Source of the DNA: Octopus sinensis
Lineage: Eukaryota
DNA length: 64,000 nt
Direction of reading: 5' to 3'
Assembly (NCBI RefSeq): GCF_006345805.1
Contig: NC_043017.1
Coordinates: 33,170,001-33,234,000 of the forward strand
A program made the translations under genes and the position numbers. Under the pieces are notes generated by a model, which saw nothing but the letters and a program-made list of their open reading frames with translations, did not search any database and was not told the DNA's origin. Positions 52,966 through 64,000 of this stretch are shown piece after piece (the stretch's first letter is position 1; each line of letters opens with the position of its first letter).

Positions 52966-53685
52966 TTTTGAGGATATATAAAACTCTTACAGGGATAGCT
53001 TTATCCAAGATACCCTAGCTTAGTATATTATATTTTGAAGATATAATTCTTCAATAAAAATATTAAGCAAGGAAATGGAGCGATACAAAGGATACAAATT
53101 AATTTTTAATTAATTGACATTCCCTACAATCGTTTCAAATTACACGCAAAACAAATTATACTATACATATAACAAAATAATTTTGCATTTTCTAAAACTT
53201 TGAGAGAAATAATTTTACAGAATTTACTGAATAAGTACATATCTCTTATCAGCAATATATACCTTTTATCTTTTAGATGTATCACCCATCAGATTGTGGC
53301 CGTGTTGGGGCACCACCTTGAAGAATTTTTAGTCGCATGTATTGACCCCAGTCCCTTATTTATTTCTTAAGCACAGAACTTATTCTAAGATCTCTCTTGC
53401 GCAACTGCTAAGTTACATGGACGTAAACACACCGCTTGTCAAATACCAGTTGTCCAGTTGTGGCGGGGGAAAACACTCATATATCTATACGACGGGCTTC
53501 TTTCAGTTTCCGTCTACCAAATTCACTCAAGGCTTTGGTCGGCCATAGTTAAAGACATTTGCCCAATGTGCCACACAGTGGAACAGAGCTCGAAACCATG
53601 TAGTTGGGAAGTAAGCTTCTTGCCCCACAACATTTGCGTCTGTATATATCATTATCGTTGTCATTTAACGTCAGTTTCTCATACT

Positions 53686-53750
<65 letters not shown>

Positions 53751-55087
53751 GTATGTATGCATGTAAGCATGTATATCTGTATGCATATGTCGACATAGGA
53801 GCATAGAAGCTAGATTTGTATGTGTGTTTATGTTCCCTTGCCTCGACATCGTGGGCAGTGGTAAAAGAGAGTAGCAATGTTAAATGTTTCCAATCTTCCG
53901 TGAAAACATGTCTGGCCAAAGATATTATCTTGTTTGGAAACGGATGAGAAATGATGAAAGGAAGAGCTTCCACACCTAGGAAATTTGTCTCAAAGAATTC
54001 GTTTGGTCACCGTAGGCAATGCAAGTACTGAAACGTTCAAGCTAAAACAAAAACGGAATTAATGAAGAGCAATATGTAAGTTAAGTGTGTATTTAAATTC
54101 TTCAGAGCCTCTGTGTGTGTATGTGTGTGTTTATGCGTGTGTGTGTGTGTGTTTGTGCATGTGTTTGTGTATGTGTGTGTGAAGGAAGAATTTTGAAAGC
54201 AGGTAAGTAAAAGAATGGATAAATGAAGTCAACTCTCTATTTGCATCTTCTGTAATACTAAACATTCAGCTCTTTTATATTTAGTTGTATGTAAAAAGGA
54301 GGAATTGAAACAAGCAGTAGTTGCACTGAACTTGAAAATCTGTCATTCTTATTCCATTAATACACTAGACAATTTTAGTATCAGATAGATAGTTAGAGAG
54401 AGATAAGGTAGATATAGAAACAAATATAAAGACACAGATTGACAAAAGGTGAAAGACAGAGAAAGAGAGCAAGAGAGACAGAGGCAGAGAGAGAAAGAGA
54501 GAGAGACAGACAGACAGACAGAAATCTCAGTGTATTGTTGCAAGACTTCAAAATACACTGTTCTTACATTTAACTATTTTCTTTTTATCAAATATCTTGT
54601 TTTCCTTAAGGAATTTTTTTGTCTAAGTGCACAAAAGTACATTAACTAAATTAAATGAAGTTCACTTAAAGGTAGGAACGTTAAGAAAACTAAATAAAGT
54701 CAAAATGAAAATATTTTCTTATAAGAAGAAATAACCTGCTCCTCACAATCGATTTTCAAGATTTTACTTTAAATTTACATTCATTTATCTTTTCGGTTTT
54801 TCAATTGTACCAAAAGAAACTAGAGTAGCTTTGAATATGACAAAAAGTTATGTGGATTTTTTTTTCTTTTCTTTTAAGTTATGAATTATTTACAAATCAC
54901 AAAATTGGATGAATATGAGAGTAGAGAAGTGAAAAGAAAAACCAAAGAATCCAGTAGGAGATACTTTGTGAAACTATTTTTTCACACTCGTTTCCATTGG
55001 ATAAATGATTATATTCATTTATAAATATTTCTTGAGATATACATACATTAATACACATATACATATAATACATCATCATCATCGTCG

Positions 55088-55136
<49 letters not shown>

Positions 55137-55145
55137 TATCGTCAT

Positions 55146-56498
55146 TTAACGTCGAGCGTACAACCCACTAGCTTGTAATCTGTGTAACTGACTATGTGAA
55201 ATTGTGAACAACTTACACTATCCCTATCCATTGTCCTACAGAATACTCTATCTAAATAAGATCTGGACGACCCGATGCGGTTGGTCCATGTCCACATTGG
55301 CACATTCGGGTAGTCCAGTCGGTACCTGTCAGAGAGTTGGAAACGTCTGAGCAGGCCTATGAGACACGTGCATCCCCTTCTCTTCCTATCTCTACCCACA
55401 TATTCTAAATGCGTGTCCAAGGGAGCGTTTCAATTCCCCACTAAAAGTAAAGGTCGAGAAGTTCCCAGGAAAACCTCTAGACGTCGAAAGAAATCCGGCC
55501 AACCTGTTAAGGACGGTGCATACACTGTTACTAGTCGGAAAACAGCCATTATCGCCATTGACATCCAAAACCACAAGCCTGACCAGCGGGTCTAGGAATA
55601 CTGTCCTTGCTTTCAGATCCAGACTCTTTCGAAAATGCACCGCAGTACCACCACCGCCCATTCTCGGCAGACACGAGGAAAAATAAATATCGAATTGTCT
55701 GCCGAACATGGGCTGGAGAGTCCGCGGGTTGGAGAATCTGGTTTCGCTGATGGCTATTATATCTACACTTTGTGACTTGATGTCGTTTAACCGAGCCAGG
55801 CACATTTCTGCTACCTATCTTGAACATGAATCTGACAAAGTTGTGTTTCAGACACAAAGCGAAAATAGAAGGTGAGTAAGAGAGAAAGAGAGTCACTGCT
55901 TCGAAAGTTGGGGATTTTCTCCCTCAGTTTCCACGAGATTTTTGTATAGCTTTTTCGACGAATGTTTTTGAAATCTCCCTACTGCATTGGGGTCGAAAGA
56001 TTTCATTAATTTATGTCTTTTGTGCGGTGTGCAGTATTTTAATGTGTTGTGGTGGTGTTGTGCGTGGGTGGTTGCTTTTTATAATTGTTTTCAGTTTTGT
56101 TGGTGTGCGACTTGATGTATTGCATCAGGCCCAAATGTTTTGTGTCAATTGCGGTTAGCATTGTAGGTGTTTGTTTGTTTGTGTTGTTGGTGCTGGTGTT
56201 GTTGTTATGTGTGGGAGTTTTGTTGTCAGGAGTGCTATATTTCCCTACTTTTTGTTCTCCCCTCTTTTTTCCTTTTTCCTCCTGTGGACGTTTACCATTC
56301 CTCCCGTGTCGCTTTCATCGGACGACATGTCGGAGGTATCAGAAGATGGAATGGTATTGGAGTCTATTTGTGGGGGTGTTGATGTTGTTGCTGTGATTAG
56401 TTTTAGTTTGTAACTGTTGGGATGTGATGTATGGGTTATTGGGGATTTGGGGTTAGTCATTTTTTCCTTTTCAGGCTTTGGTACTTCTGTAGCTTTTG

Positions 56499-56530
<32 letters not shown>

Positions 56531-57570
56531 GGTGATGGCGGTGTTGTTGTTGTTGTTGTTGTTGTTAGTTGTGATGGTGTTGCTTCTGCTGTTGCTTGTG
56601 TTGATTAGTTGGTTTGGTTTGTTGTTCTGTCGAGTTGTTTCCTCCGTTTGTGGTGTTCTTTAAATTCTTGTCTTGATGGTGGGTTGGGTAACAGTGCTGG
56701 TTTGCGGGTAGTGTCTTCTATCTGTTGTTACTGCTTTTGCTGTTTTTTTTTGTTGTTGTTGTTGTTGTTGTTGTTACTGCTGCTGCTGCTGCTGTCACTC
56801 CTTCAATATTGTGCAGTCAATTTTTAAGTGGTGTTTGCTGCCACAATGGTGACAGCTTAGTCATCTGCCTTCAACGGCGACATGTAAGCTGATACCGTCC
56901 GGCAGTTTTATAAGATCTGGTATATTTTCTATCGTCTCTTGATCGGCTTGAACCAAGAGTTCGAACACCTGGCCTATCCAGTCCTGTTGTTCGAGGACGG
57001 CAATTTCCAAGATGTTAATAACTTCTTCGAAATTATAGCAGATGGCTGACACCAGCCGTCGTGCTTCAATTTCAGGGGGAGCATCTTTAATTTTTATAGT
57101 TGTGACCCTACGACCTAGGAACATGGGAATCATTACTATTTCATCAGACTCTAGTGATTATGTAGAGGAGGCTTTGGTTGGTTCCTCTGAGTCAAACCTG
57201 ACTTCAACTGTGGCAAATCTTTTGCCCCTTGTGATGTATTTTTATGTGCCCTTATGAGCCTTAAACATTTTTCAATTGTTTTTGTTGATTTTCGGGCTTT
57301 CTCGCTTTTAAATTTATTGTCTTGTATAATTTTTATTTTATCTAGTTTCAGCTCACGAGCTGTGGCCATGCTGGAGCACCGCCATATAGTTGTGTTTTGT
57401 TAATATTTTTTTTTAAATGTGTTGTGGTGTGTTTAGTTTTATTATATTACCCGACTTAGATAAAAGGGGTCTTGTTTCCATTAGTTGTTGTGGTGTAAAT
57501 GAAACAACTCGTTTTCTTGGCCTCAGAACTGAAGCCAAGTTACTTTGTCTGTTCGTGTTGGTGTTGTTAC

Positions 57571-57622
<52 letters not shown>

Positions 57623-57930
57623 GGTGGTGGTGGCAGTAGTGGAGACAGTGGTGTTGGCATTAGACATCTGCTCATTTTTCTTGCTTTCCTTTCCCTCTTG
57701 CTTGCTGTTGACGTTGTTAACTGCGTGTGTGTGTGTGTGTATGTGTGTGTTTGAGTGTGTGTGAGAGTGTGTGTGTGTGTGTGTGTGTTGTGTGTGTGCG
57801 TGTGTGCGTGTGTGTGTGCGTGCGTGTGTGTGTGTGTGCGAATGTGTGTCAATGCTTTATCTCTTCCCTATACCGTTCGGCAGTTCAGGGAAATGTAGGA
57901 CGGTGGAACCCTAGCAGCGTGAGACAGGTT
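55146..57930 (-). mobile_element. Tx1/L1-clade LINE 5' half (ORF1 plus APE endonuclease), decayed
   Basis: ORF1 zinc knuckle CHHCGSKHHLKIDC at 56813-56854; endonuclease motifs DIIAISETR, GGTAV, WTW...SYLDRVF, TDYKLV; frameshifts. Confidence 0.85.
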
Positions 57931-58154
57931 ATCCATTTTCAGGACAGATCGAAAATTATTTTTTTCAATGAAATTTCAAATGCTTCGGTGAATTTTCGGA
58001 TGACGAAATTCAATTACACGAAAGCTGATGTCGTTAACCAACTGCTGACAAAAATTCAATATAAATAAACATAAATAACTACTAGAAATTGTTTAGACTT
58101 ACGCAGAAACGAACGACAGACAATCAGACAGACAGAAGGTAGATATATATATAT

Positions 58155-58194
<40 letters not shown>

Positions 58195-58198
58195 GGAG

Positions 58199-58246
<48 letters not shown>

Positions 58247-58247
<1 letters not shown>

Positions 58248-58640
58248 CTCTTACTCTTTACTCATTTACTTGTTTCAGTCATTTGACTGCGGCCATGCTG
58301 GAGCACCGCCTTTAGTCGGGCAAATTGACCCCGGGACTTATTCTTTGTAAGCCCAGTACTTATTCTATCGGTCTCTTTTGCCGAACCACTAAGTAACGGG
58401 GACGTAAACACACCAGCATCGGTTGTCAAGCAATGCTAGGGGGACAAACACAGACACACATATATATATCTATATACATATATACGACAGGCTTCTTTCA
58501 GTTTCCGTCTACCAAATCCACTCACAAGGCATTGGTCGGCCCGGGGCTATAGCAGAAGACACTTGCCCAAGATGCCACGCAGTGGGACTGAAGCCGGAAC
58601 CATGTGGTTGGTTAGCAAGCTACTTACCACACAGCCATCC
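58247..58640 (-). mobile_element. SINE family A
   Basis: Full-length reverse copy. Confidence 0.9.
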
Positions 58641-59499
58641 ACTTTTAGCGAATAAAATTTATCAAGTGTATTTTCCCCTTCTGAATATATCTGATCTCAA
58701 CAGATTTTGTATTATCTTTTATTTTCGTGATAGTTTTTCATCTAAATGACAATTTCCCTGAAGTAAAAGAATAGTTTCACATATATACACATAGTTAAGC
58801 ACATACATGCACACACAGGACTTACTTACAAACAATCACGCAGTCACATAATTTGAATACCATTAATGTTTTGAATGAAAGCCATTCTAACAATAAAAAA
58901 AAAAAACTTTAAAGGTGCGTGTCCAGTTCTTAAAAAAACTAGAGTAATGGCTAAACTGCTTAGAAAAACTAATTAATCAAAAGAACTGATAGTTTCCATT
59001 ATAAATTCATTTAAAACTGTTTGTTTGAAATCTCTCCTAAACCAGATGTATTTGTGAAGCATTTGAATGTGTGATAAGTGTTGTATTTACTATATTTCAA
59101 TGGTGCATTTATAGAGATACCTACTTTCATGGTTGGGTCGTTTGCAAGATTACGTATGAAGGAGAGGTGGGCATAATGCAGAGGGATTGTGAGAAACATA
59201 TGGTAGCAGAGAATGTGAGAGGATTGAGATGATCCGATGGCTTGGGTTGGCAGCGGGGGCAGTAGAAATCTGGGTGGAGAGGACAGCGTTATGGATGGAG
59301 GGTAGATGTCAAGACAAAAGTTTGTGGGTCATAGGAAAGATTAGTGATATCATCGAAATATTCCTACAGTAAGAGAAAGGATGGGTAGTGGGGTGATTTG
59401 GGGCGGAAATTAGGCAATTAACCCAGTTGTACTCATATCTGTATGTATGCGTGTGTGTATGTGTGGTTCATACATATAACTCATCTCCCCCAAGTTGAT

Positions 59500-60430
59500 T
59501 GGGTTTTCTGAAGAACCCCCGTATTACTAGTTATCTTGGTCCTTTGGCATTTCCTCCATAAGGTTCAAGTTCCTGAGATCAGCCTTGACAATTTTGTCCT
59601 TTAATCTTCTTGGAACCCCTTCTTTTGCAAGCTCCACCTGAATAAAGTGATTAAGTGATTGGCACCTTATGCTTCTTCCTCATACACTACATTTGATTCT
59701 TATGCCCAGTTTTTCTCTCAGCATATTTCTGCTATGTTGCTCATGCACACTTGCGTTGCATATCCAACAGAGCATGTTTACTTCATTTCTTTCCAGTCTT
59801 CTCAAGTCCTCTGCATTAGAATTATATGGCTAACTAACAGGAAGGGCTGAAATTCTAATGTAGTTGTCACACAATCTGCCTTCCATCCGAAAGGAAAATA
59901 CTAATGTTGCCAGCAGTGGTGGACAATCCCTACATTCTTTCTAACTTTCTTATACCCTGACTTCTATATTTCTAGAAGAGTCACCGCTCTTCCTAATTCA
60001 ATCAATCTAATCATTTAAGAGTCTATTTCTGGTGTGTTCATAGTATGCAATGCTCCAGTGCATCTTTTGCATATGAGAAATACTTTCTCTGTTAGCCTGC
60101 CTTTGATTCCACTACATTTTTCATATGCCTATAGATTGCAGTGGATGCACAGCATTTGGAGTTTATACCTACTCCCTTACCGCCTAACAATTAAGTCCAT
60201 TTCTATGAAGTTTCTAGTGTTCTGTCTTAAGTTTGTCCTAATTATCCTTGGTTCTAGGTTTAGCTCCCATGCTTTGAATTTCCTCTTTAATTCTCTTATA
60301 GATTCAACTATGAGAACTGAATTATCAGCTCATAGATGTTCCCAGGGACACCCAGTCCCAAACTCCTCTGTGATGGCCTGTACAACTATGATGAACAGGA
60401 CAGGTATGAGGGCCGAACCTTAATGAACTC
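59500..60430 (-). mobile_element. RTE-clade LINE RT remnant with Cys-rich insert
   Basis: GSALIPVLFIIVVQAITEEFGTGCPWEHL*AD and KGVG.NS...C..C....KCSGIKGRL...CKRC. Confidence 0.8.
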
Positions 60431-60479
60431 ATATGTGTGTGTGTGCGTGCGTGCATGTAGTGTGTTCATGAAGTTAATG

Positions 60480-61150
60480 TAGATTTAGCCTGTGGTGTCT
60501 AGTTTGTGCACTGAAAGAGCATTGTTGAAGAATGTTAAGAAAGAATGAAAATTGATGTCATCTGCATATGGATGAATGTTGCTGGATGTGGCAGCAAGTA
60601 AGTCATGGTATATAGAAAGAATAGAGCGGAAGATTTACAAAGGGGTCTTCTCGTAAGATAGAGTTTATAGAATGAGGGACAAGAGCTGCGTTGACACAAG
60701 CAGCAATAGGAAGTCACAGAGCATAGAGATCTGTAGTGAATGGAGGTGATAAGCAGGGAATTTTGACGGGAGATTTACACGTCAGACACTGTCGAAAGCT
60801 TTGCGTATGTTGAGGGTGATAGCGTTACTTTCATCAAATTTCTTTAAAGGAAGAACCCATTTGGAAGTGAGAGGGGAATAAGTCACCAGTGGATCTGGCC
60901 TTATGAAAACTGAACTGGTGCTCATTTCGGAGAGAAAGATTCATGGCTTTAGAGGATGCAGTTGTAATAGGTTATCTCCATTATCTCGAAGATATTGGAA
61001 GAGAGTGCAATACGGTGAAAGTTGGTTGGGTTAAAAATGTTCCCTGTTCTGTATATTGTAGCATGTTTCCAATGGTCAAAGTAGATTTCTACAGAGGTGG
61101 AGAGGTTGAAGAGATGAAGGATGAGTAGAAGATTGAAGGATGTGTCGAAG
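60480..61150 (-). mobile_element. CR1/Jockey-group LINE RT remnant
   Basis: HQFSFHKARSTGDL, LNIRKAFDSV, IHPYADD. Confidence 0.75.
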
Positions 61151-61164
61151 ATTATGGCTCACAA

Positions 61165-61296
61165 GTAAATGGCTCTGGTGCAGTGGTTGGGTTCTGTCCC
61201 ACTGCATAGCACCTTGGACAAGTGTCTTCTACTATAACCCCAAGACGACCAAAGCCTTGTAAGTGGATTTGGTAGACGGAAACTGAAACAAGCCTG

Positions 61297-61335
<39 letters not shown>

Positions 61336-61780
61336 TCGCCATGATAGATCGTTAGCCACAACACACATTTTTTTCTCTCCTTGTTTTTTCTGTGTCCCTT
61401 TCTGTAGAAGAGCGTAGGCTCGAATCGTAAAATACATTTTCTATTCCTGAGCGTTATACTAATACATCTGTTTGTTTTGTACACCACCTGTCTTCGTCTT
61501 TTGCTTTTCTCATAAACTCTCCCTTATATATATATATATATATTATATATATTTATATTTATATATCTGTGTGTGTCTTTGTGCCTTTGTTTGTCCTCCA
61601 TCACGACTTGGCAACCGCTGTTAGCGTGTTTACATCCCTGTAACTTTGCTGTTCAGGAGAGCGACCGATAGAATAAGTACTAGGCTTTAAAAAAGTAAGC
61701 CCTAGGGTCAATTTGTTCGACTAAAATCTTTCAAGGCAGTGCTCCAACATGGCTGCAGTCTAATAACTGAAAGAAAGAGA
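61165..61780 (+). mobile_element. Old family A SINE with a hammerhead-bearing repeat (61332-61525) inserted in its internal (TA)n
   Basis: Insert is the reverse complement of 32186-32370; motif cttt-CTGTAGA-a-gagcgtaggctc-gaatcgta at 61398-61433. Confidence 0.82.
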
Positions 61781-61944
61781 AGATAAATAGGAGAAAGTAT
61801 AGTAATTATTAGATATTCAAAATATCTGAGATCGTTTGTTTTATATTGGAATTTTGGATCAACAGCATTGTTGATTACAACTTTCCAATGGAGCAATTAT
61901 TGGTACAATACTGATACAAGCGTACCAACCTACCTAAATACTGT

Positions 61945-63735
61945 GCATATACACATACACACATACATACATACATACATACATACACACATACATACAT
62001 ACATACATACACACATACATACACATACATACATACATACATACATACATACATACACACACACATACATACATACATACATACATACATACATACATAC
62101 ATACATACATACGTACATGCATCAAATATACATACATGCATGCATACATACATACATACATACATACATACATACATACATACATACATACATACATACA
62201 TACACACACACATACATACATACAGGGTGGGTAAGCAAAATTTACAATATTTTGAGGCAGGGATTGAAAGACAGTGTATGACCAATTAGTTTATTGAAAG
62301 TCATGAAAATTTACATAATAGAAAATGTTTTTATTCTATTTGTCCTCCTTCTTTCTCAATAACTGCCTTCACACGCTTCCTGAAACTTGCACAAGTGTTC
62401 CTCATATATTTGGGAGACAACTTCTCCCATTCTTCTTTAACAGTATCTTTAAGAGAGTCAACGTTGCTGTGTGATATTCTATTGGTAGCATGTTTTAAAT
62501 GCCCCAAATAGCATAATCCAGAGGGTTTAGATCTGGGCTAGAAGGCGGTCATAAACATAATTCCAAGAAATTGCTAAAGTTGGATTTGCAGAAATCTTGT
62601 ATTTTTCTAGCTGTGTGGGCTGGAGCACCATCCTGTGTCCATTCATAATTACCATCTGGATAGTTTGCTTTAAGCCATGGCAATACCTGGTATCTCAGAG
62701 TCTTGTAGTAAGTATTAACATTGATCTTTTCATCAGCTTTGTAGAATTTTATAAGCATTTTCTTTCCATCAGAAGCCACAACACCAAAAGCCATAACTTG
62801 AGCAGGATGTTTTGTTTTGAATGTCCCCTTAACCTCAGTTGTTGATTTTGTGGTAAATCTGTCATTTCTGTGGTTCACAACAGCATCGACAGTGAAAATC
62901 TTTTCATCTGAAAAGATTGTTACAATGGAGGACTTTTTCTTGAACCATGTAATAATTTTCTTGCACCTTCCAATCTCTTTTCCTTCATAGCTGTTGTCAA
63001 CAAGTGTTTTGGTGTTCTAGTGTAAGAGTTTAACCTCAAATCATATTTTATTGCATTTCTAATGATCTTGTTCTCCACCTCAAGTTCAATTACCATTTTT
63101 CTCATGGATTTGGTTGAATCCTTTGGAATTTGGGATTTGAGAGTTTTAATAAAAGCTTATGTACGTTTTTTGTTGATTCCTCCACTTCCAGACTTTCTCG
63201 TAATAGTTTTGCTCATAGTCATTCTATTATTTACTTTATAAACAGTTTTTATGGACACTCCAACTATTCTTGAAATCTCCTTTGGTGTGACGGGTGCATT
63301 CAGCAAATCACACACTCTTTGACATTTACTTTCCTGATTACTCATATGGGAAAAAGTTTTTGAAACGGTAAGGACAATAGTGTTAGGTATGATTATGACA
63401 TCAATATATGCTAGGTTTCAAAACAATTGACTTAGTGCCTGCTGAGAAAAAAACAACTTAACGTTCATTGTAAATTTTACTTCCCCACCTTGTACATACA
63501 TACATACATACACACATACATACATACACACACACATACATACACACATACATACATACATACACACACACATACATACATACATACATGCAAGCATCCA
63601 TACATACATACATACATACATACATACATACATACACACATACATACATACGTACATACATACATACATACATACATACATACATACATACATACATACA
63701 TACATACATACATACAAGCATCCATACGTATGTAA
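61945..63735. repeat. (TACA)n microsatellite split by the maT transposon
   Basis: Tracts at 61945-62222 and 63493-63735. Confidence 0.95.
62223..63492 (-). mobile_element. Full-length DD37D (maT) Tc1/mariner transposon, inactivated
   Basis: TIRs cagggtgggtaagcaaaatttacaat / attgtaaattttacttccccaccttg, TA on both sides; FSDEK, QDGAPAH-x-PPSSPDLNPLDY with 37 residues between 2nd and 3rd D; stops and frameshifts. Confidence 0.93.
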
Positions 63736-64000
63736 GTATGTGTGGGTGTATGTGTGTGTGTAATATTGGGAAAAAAACACTTGTAATGTAAATTAATGAA
63801 GATGGTTACAAAGATACATAGAGATAAGAATGTGAATAACTCATATATCAAAAATCTTTTAATTATGTTACGAAGAATGTATTGATCACCGTGGAACCAA
63901 ACGGAACAAGAGATTCGAAAATATACCAAGCTTAAATAAGACGGCAGTGTGTACCGTGTATAGCAAAAATAAATGAACGTACGAACTGACTGAGACGTGA

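Noticed and set aside
57860-57945. Possible HDV-like ribozyme at the LINE 5' end
   Set aside because: P1 imperfect; P1.1 GG and J4/2 not identifiable

Overview
AT-rich, repeat-dominated animal genomic DNA. The SINE families and dense (TA)n/(CA)n/(TACA)n microsatellites look like a coleoid cephalopod, probably Octopus (inference). No intact host protein-coding gene could be supported, and most short ORFs are microsatellite or SINE artefacts. Recognisable elements: three tRNA-derived SINE families (>40 copies); a young 5'-truncated RTE-X LINE with a 10-bp TSD; Tx1/L1, RTE, CR1 and R4-like LINE remnants; Penelope-like element (PLE) RT and GIY-YIG remnants; three Helitron pieces; a full-length DD37D (maT) transposon plus a second fragment; and TIR MITEs. 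There is also an NRF1/ETS/YY1 promoter-like motif cluster and a decayed Ser/Thr kinase pseudogene. The main hidden signal is a set of at least seven minimal type-I hammerhead-ribozyme-like motifs in PLE-type termini from several families. They show C3-G8 / U3-A8 / G3-C8 covariation, one lies behind a tRNA-like Pol III head, and several sit inside long palindromes. Coordinates were read by eye; repeat boundaries are approximate.
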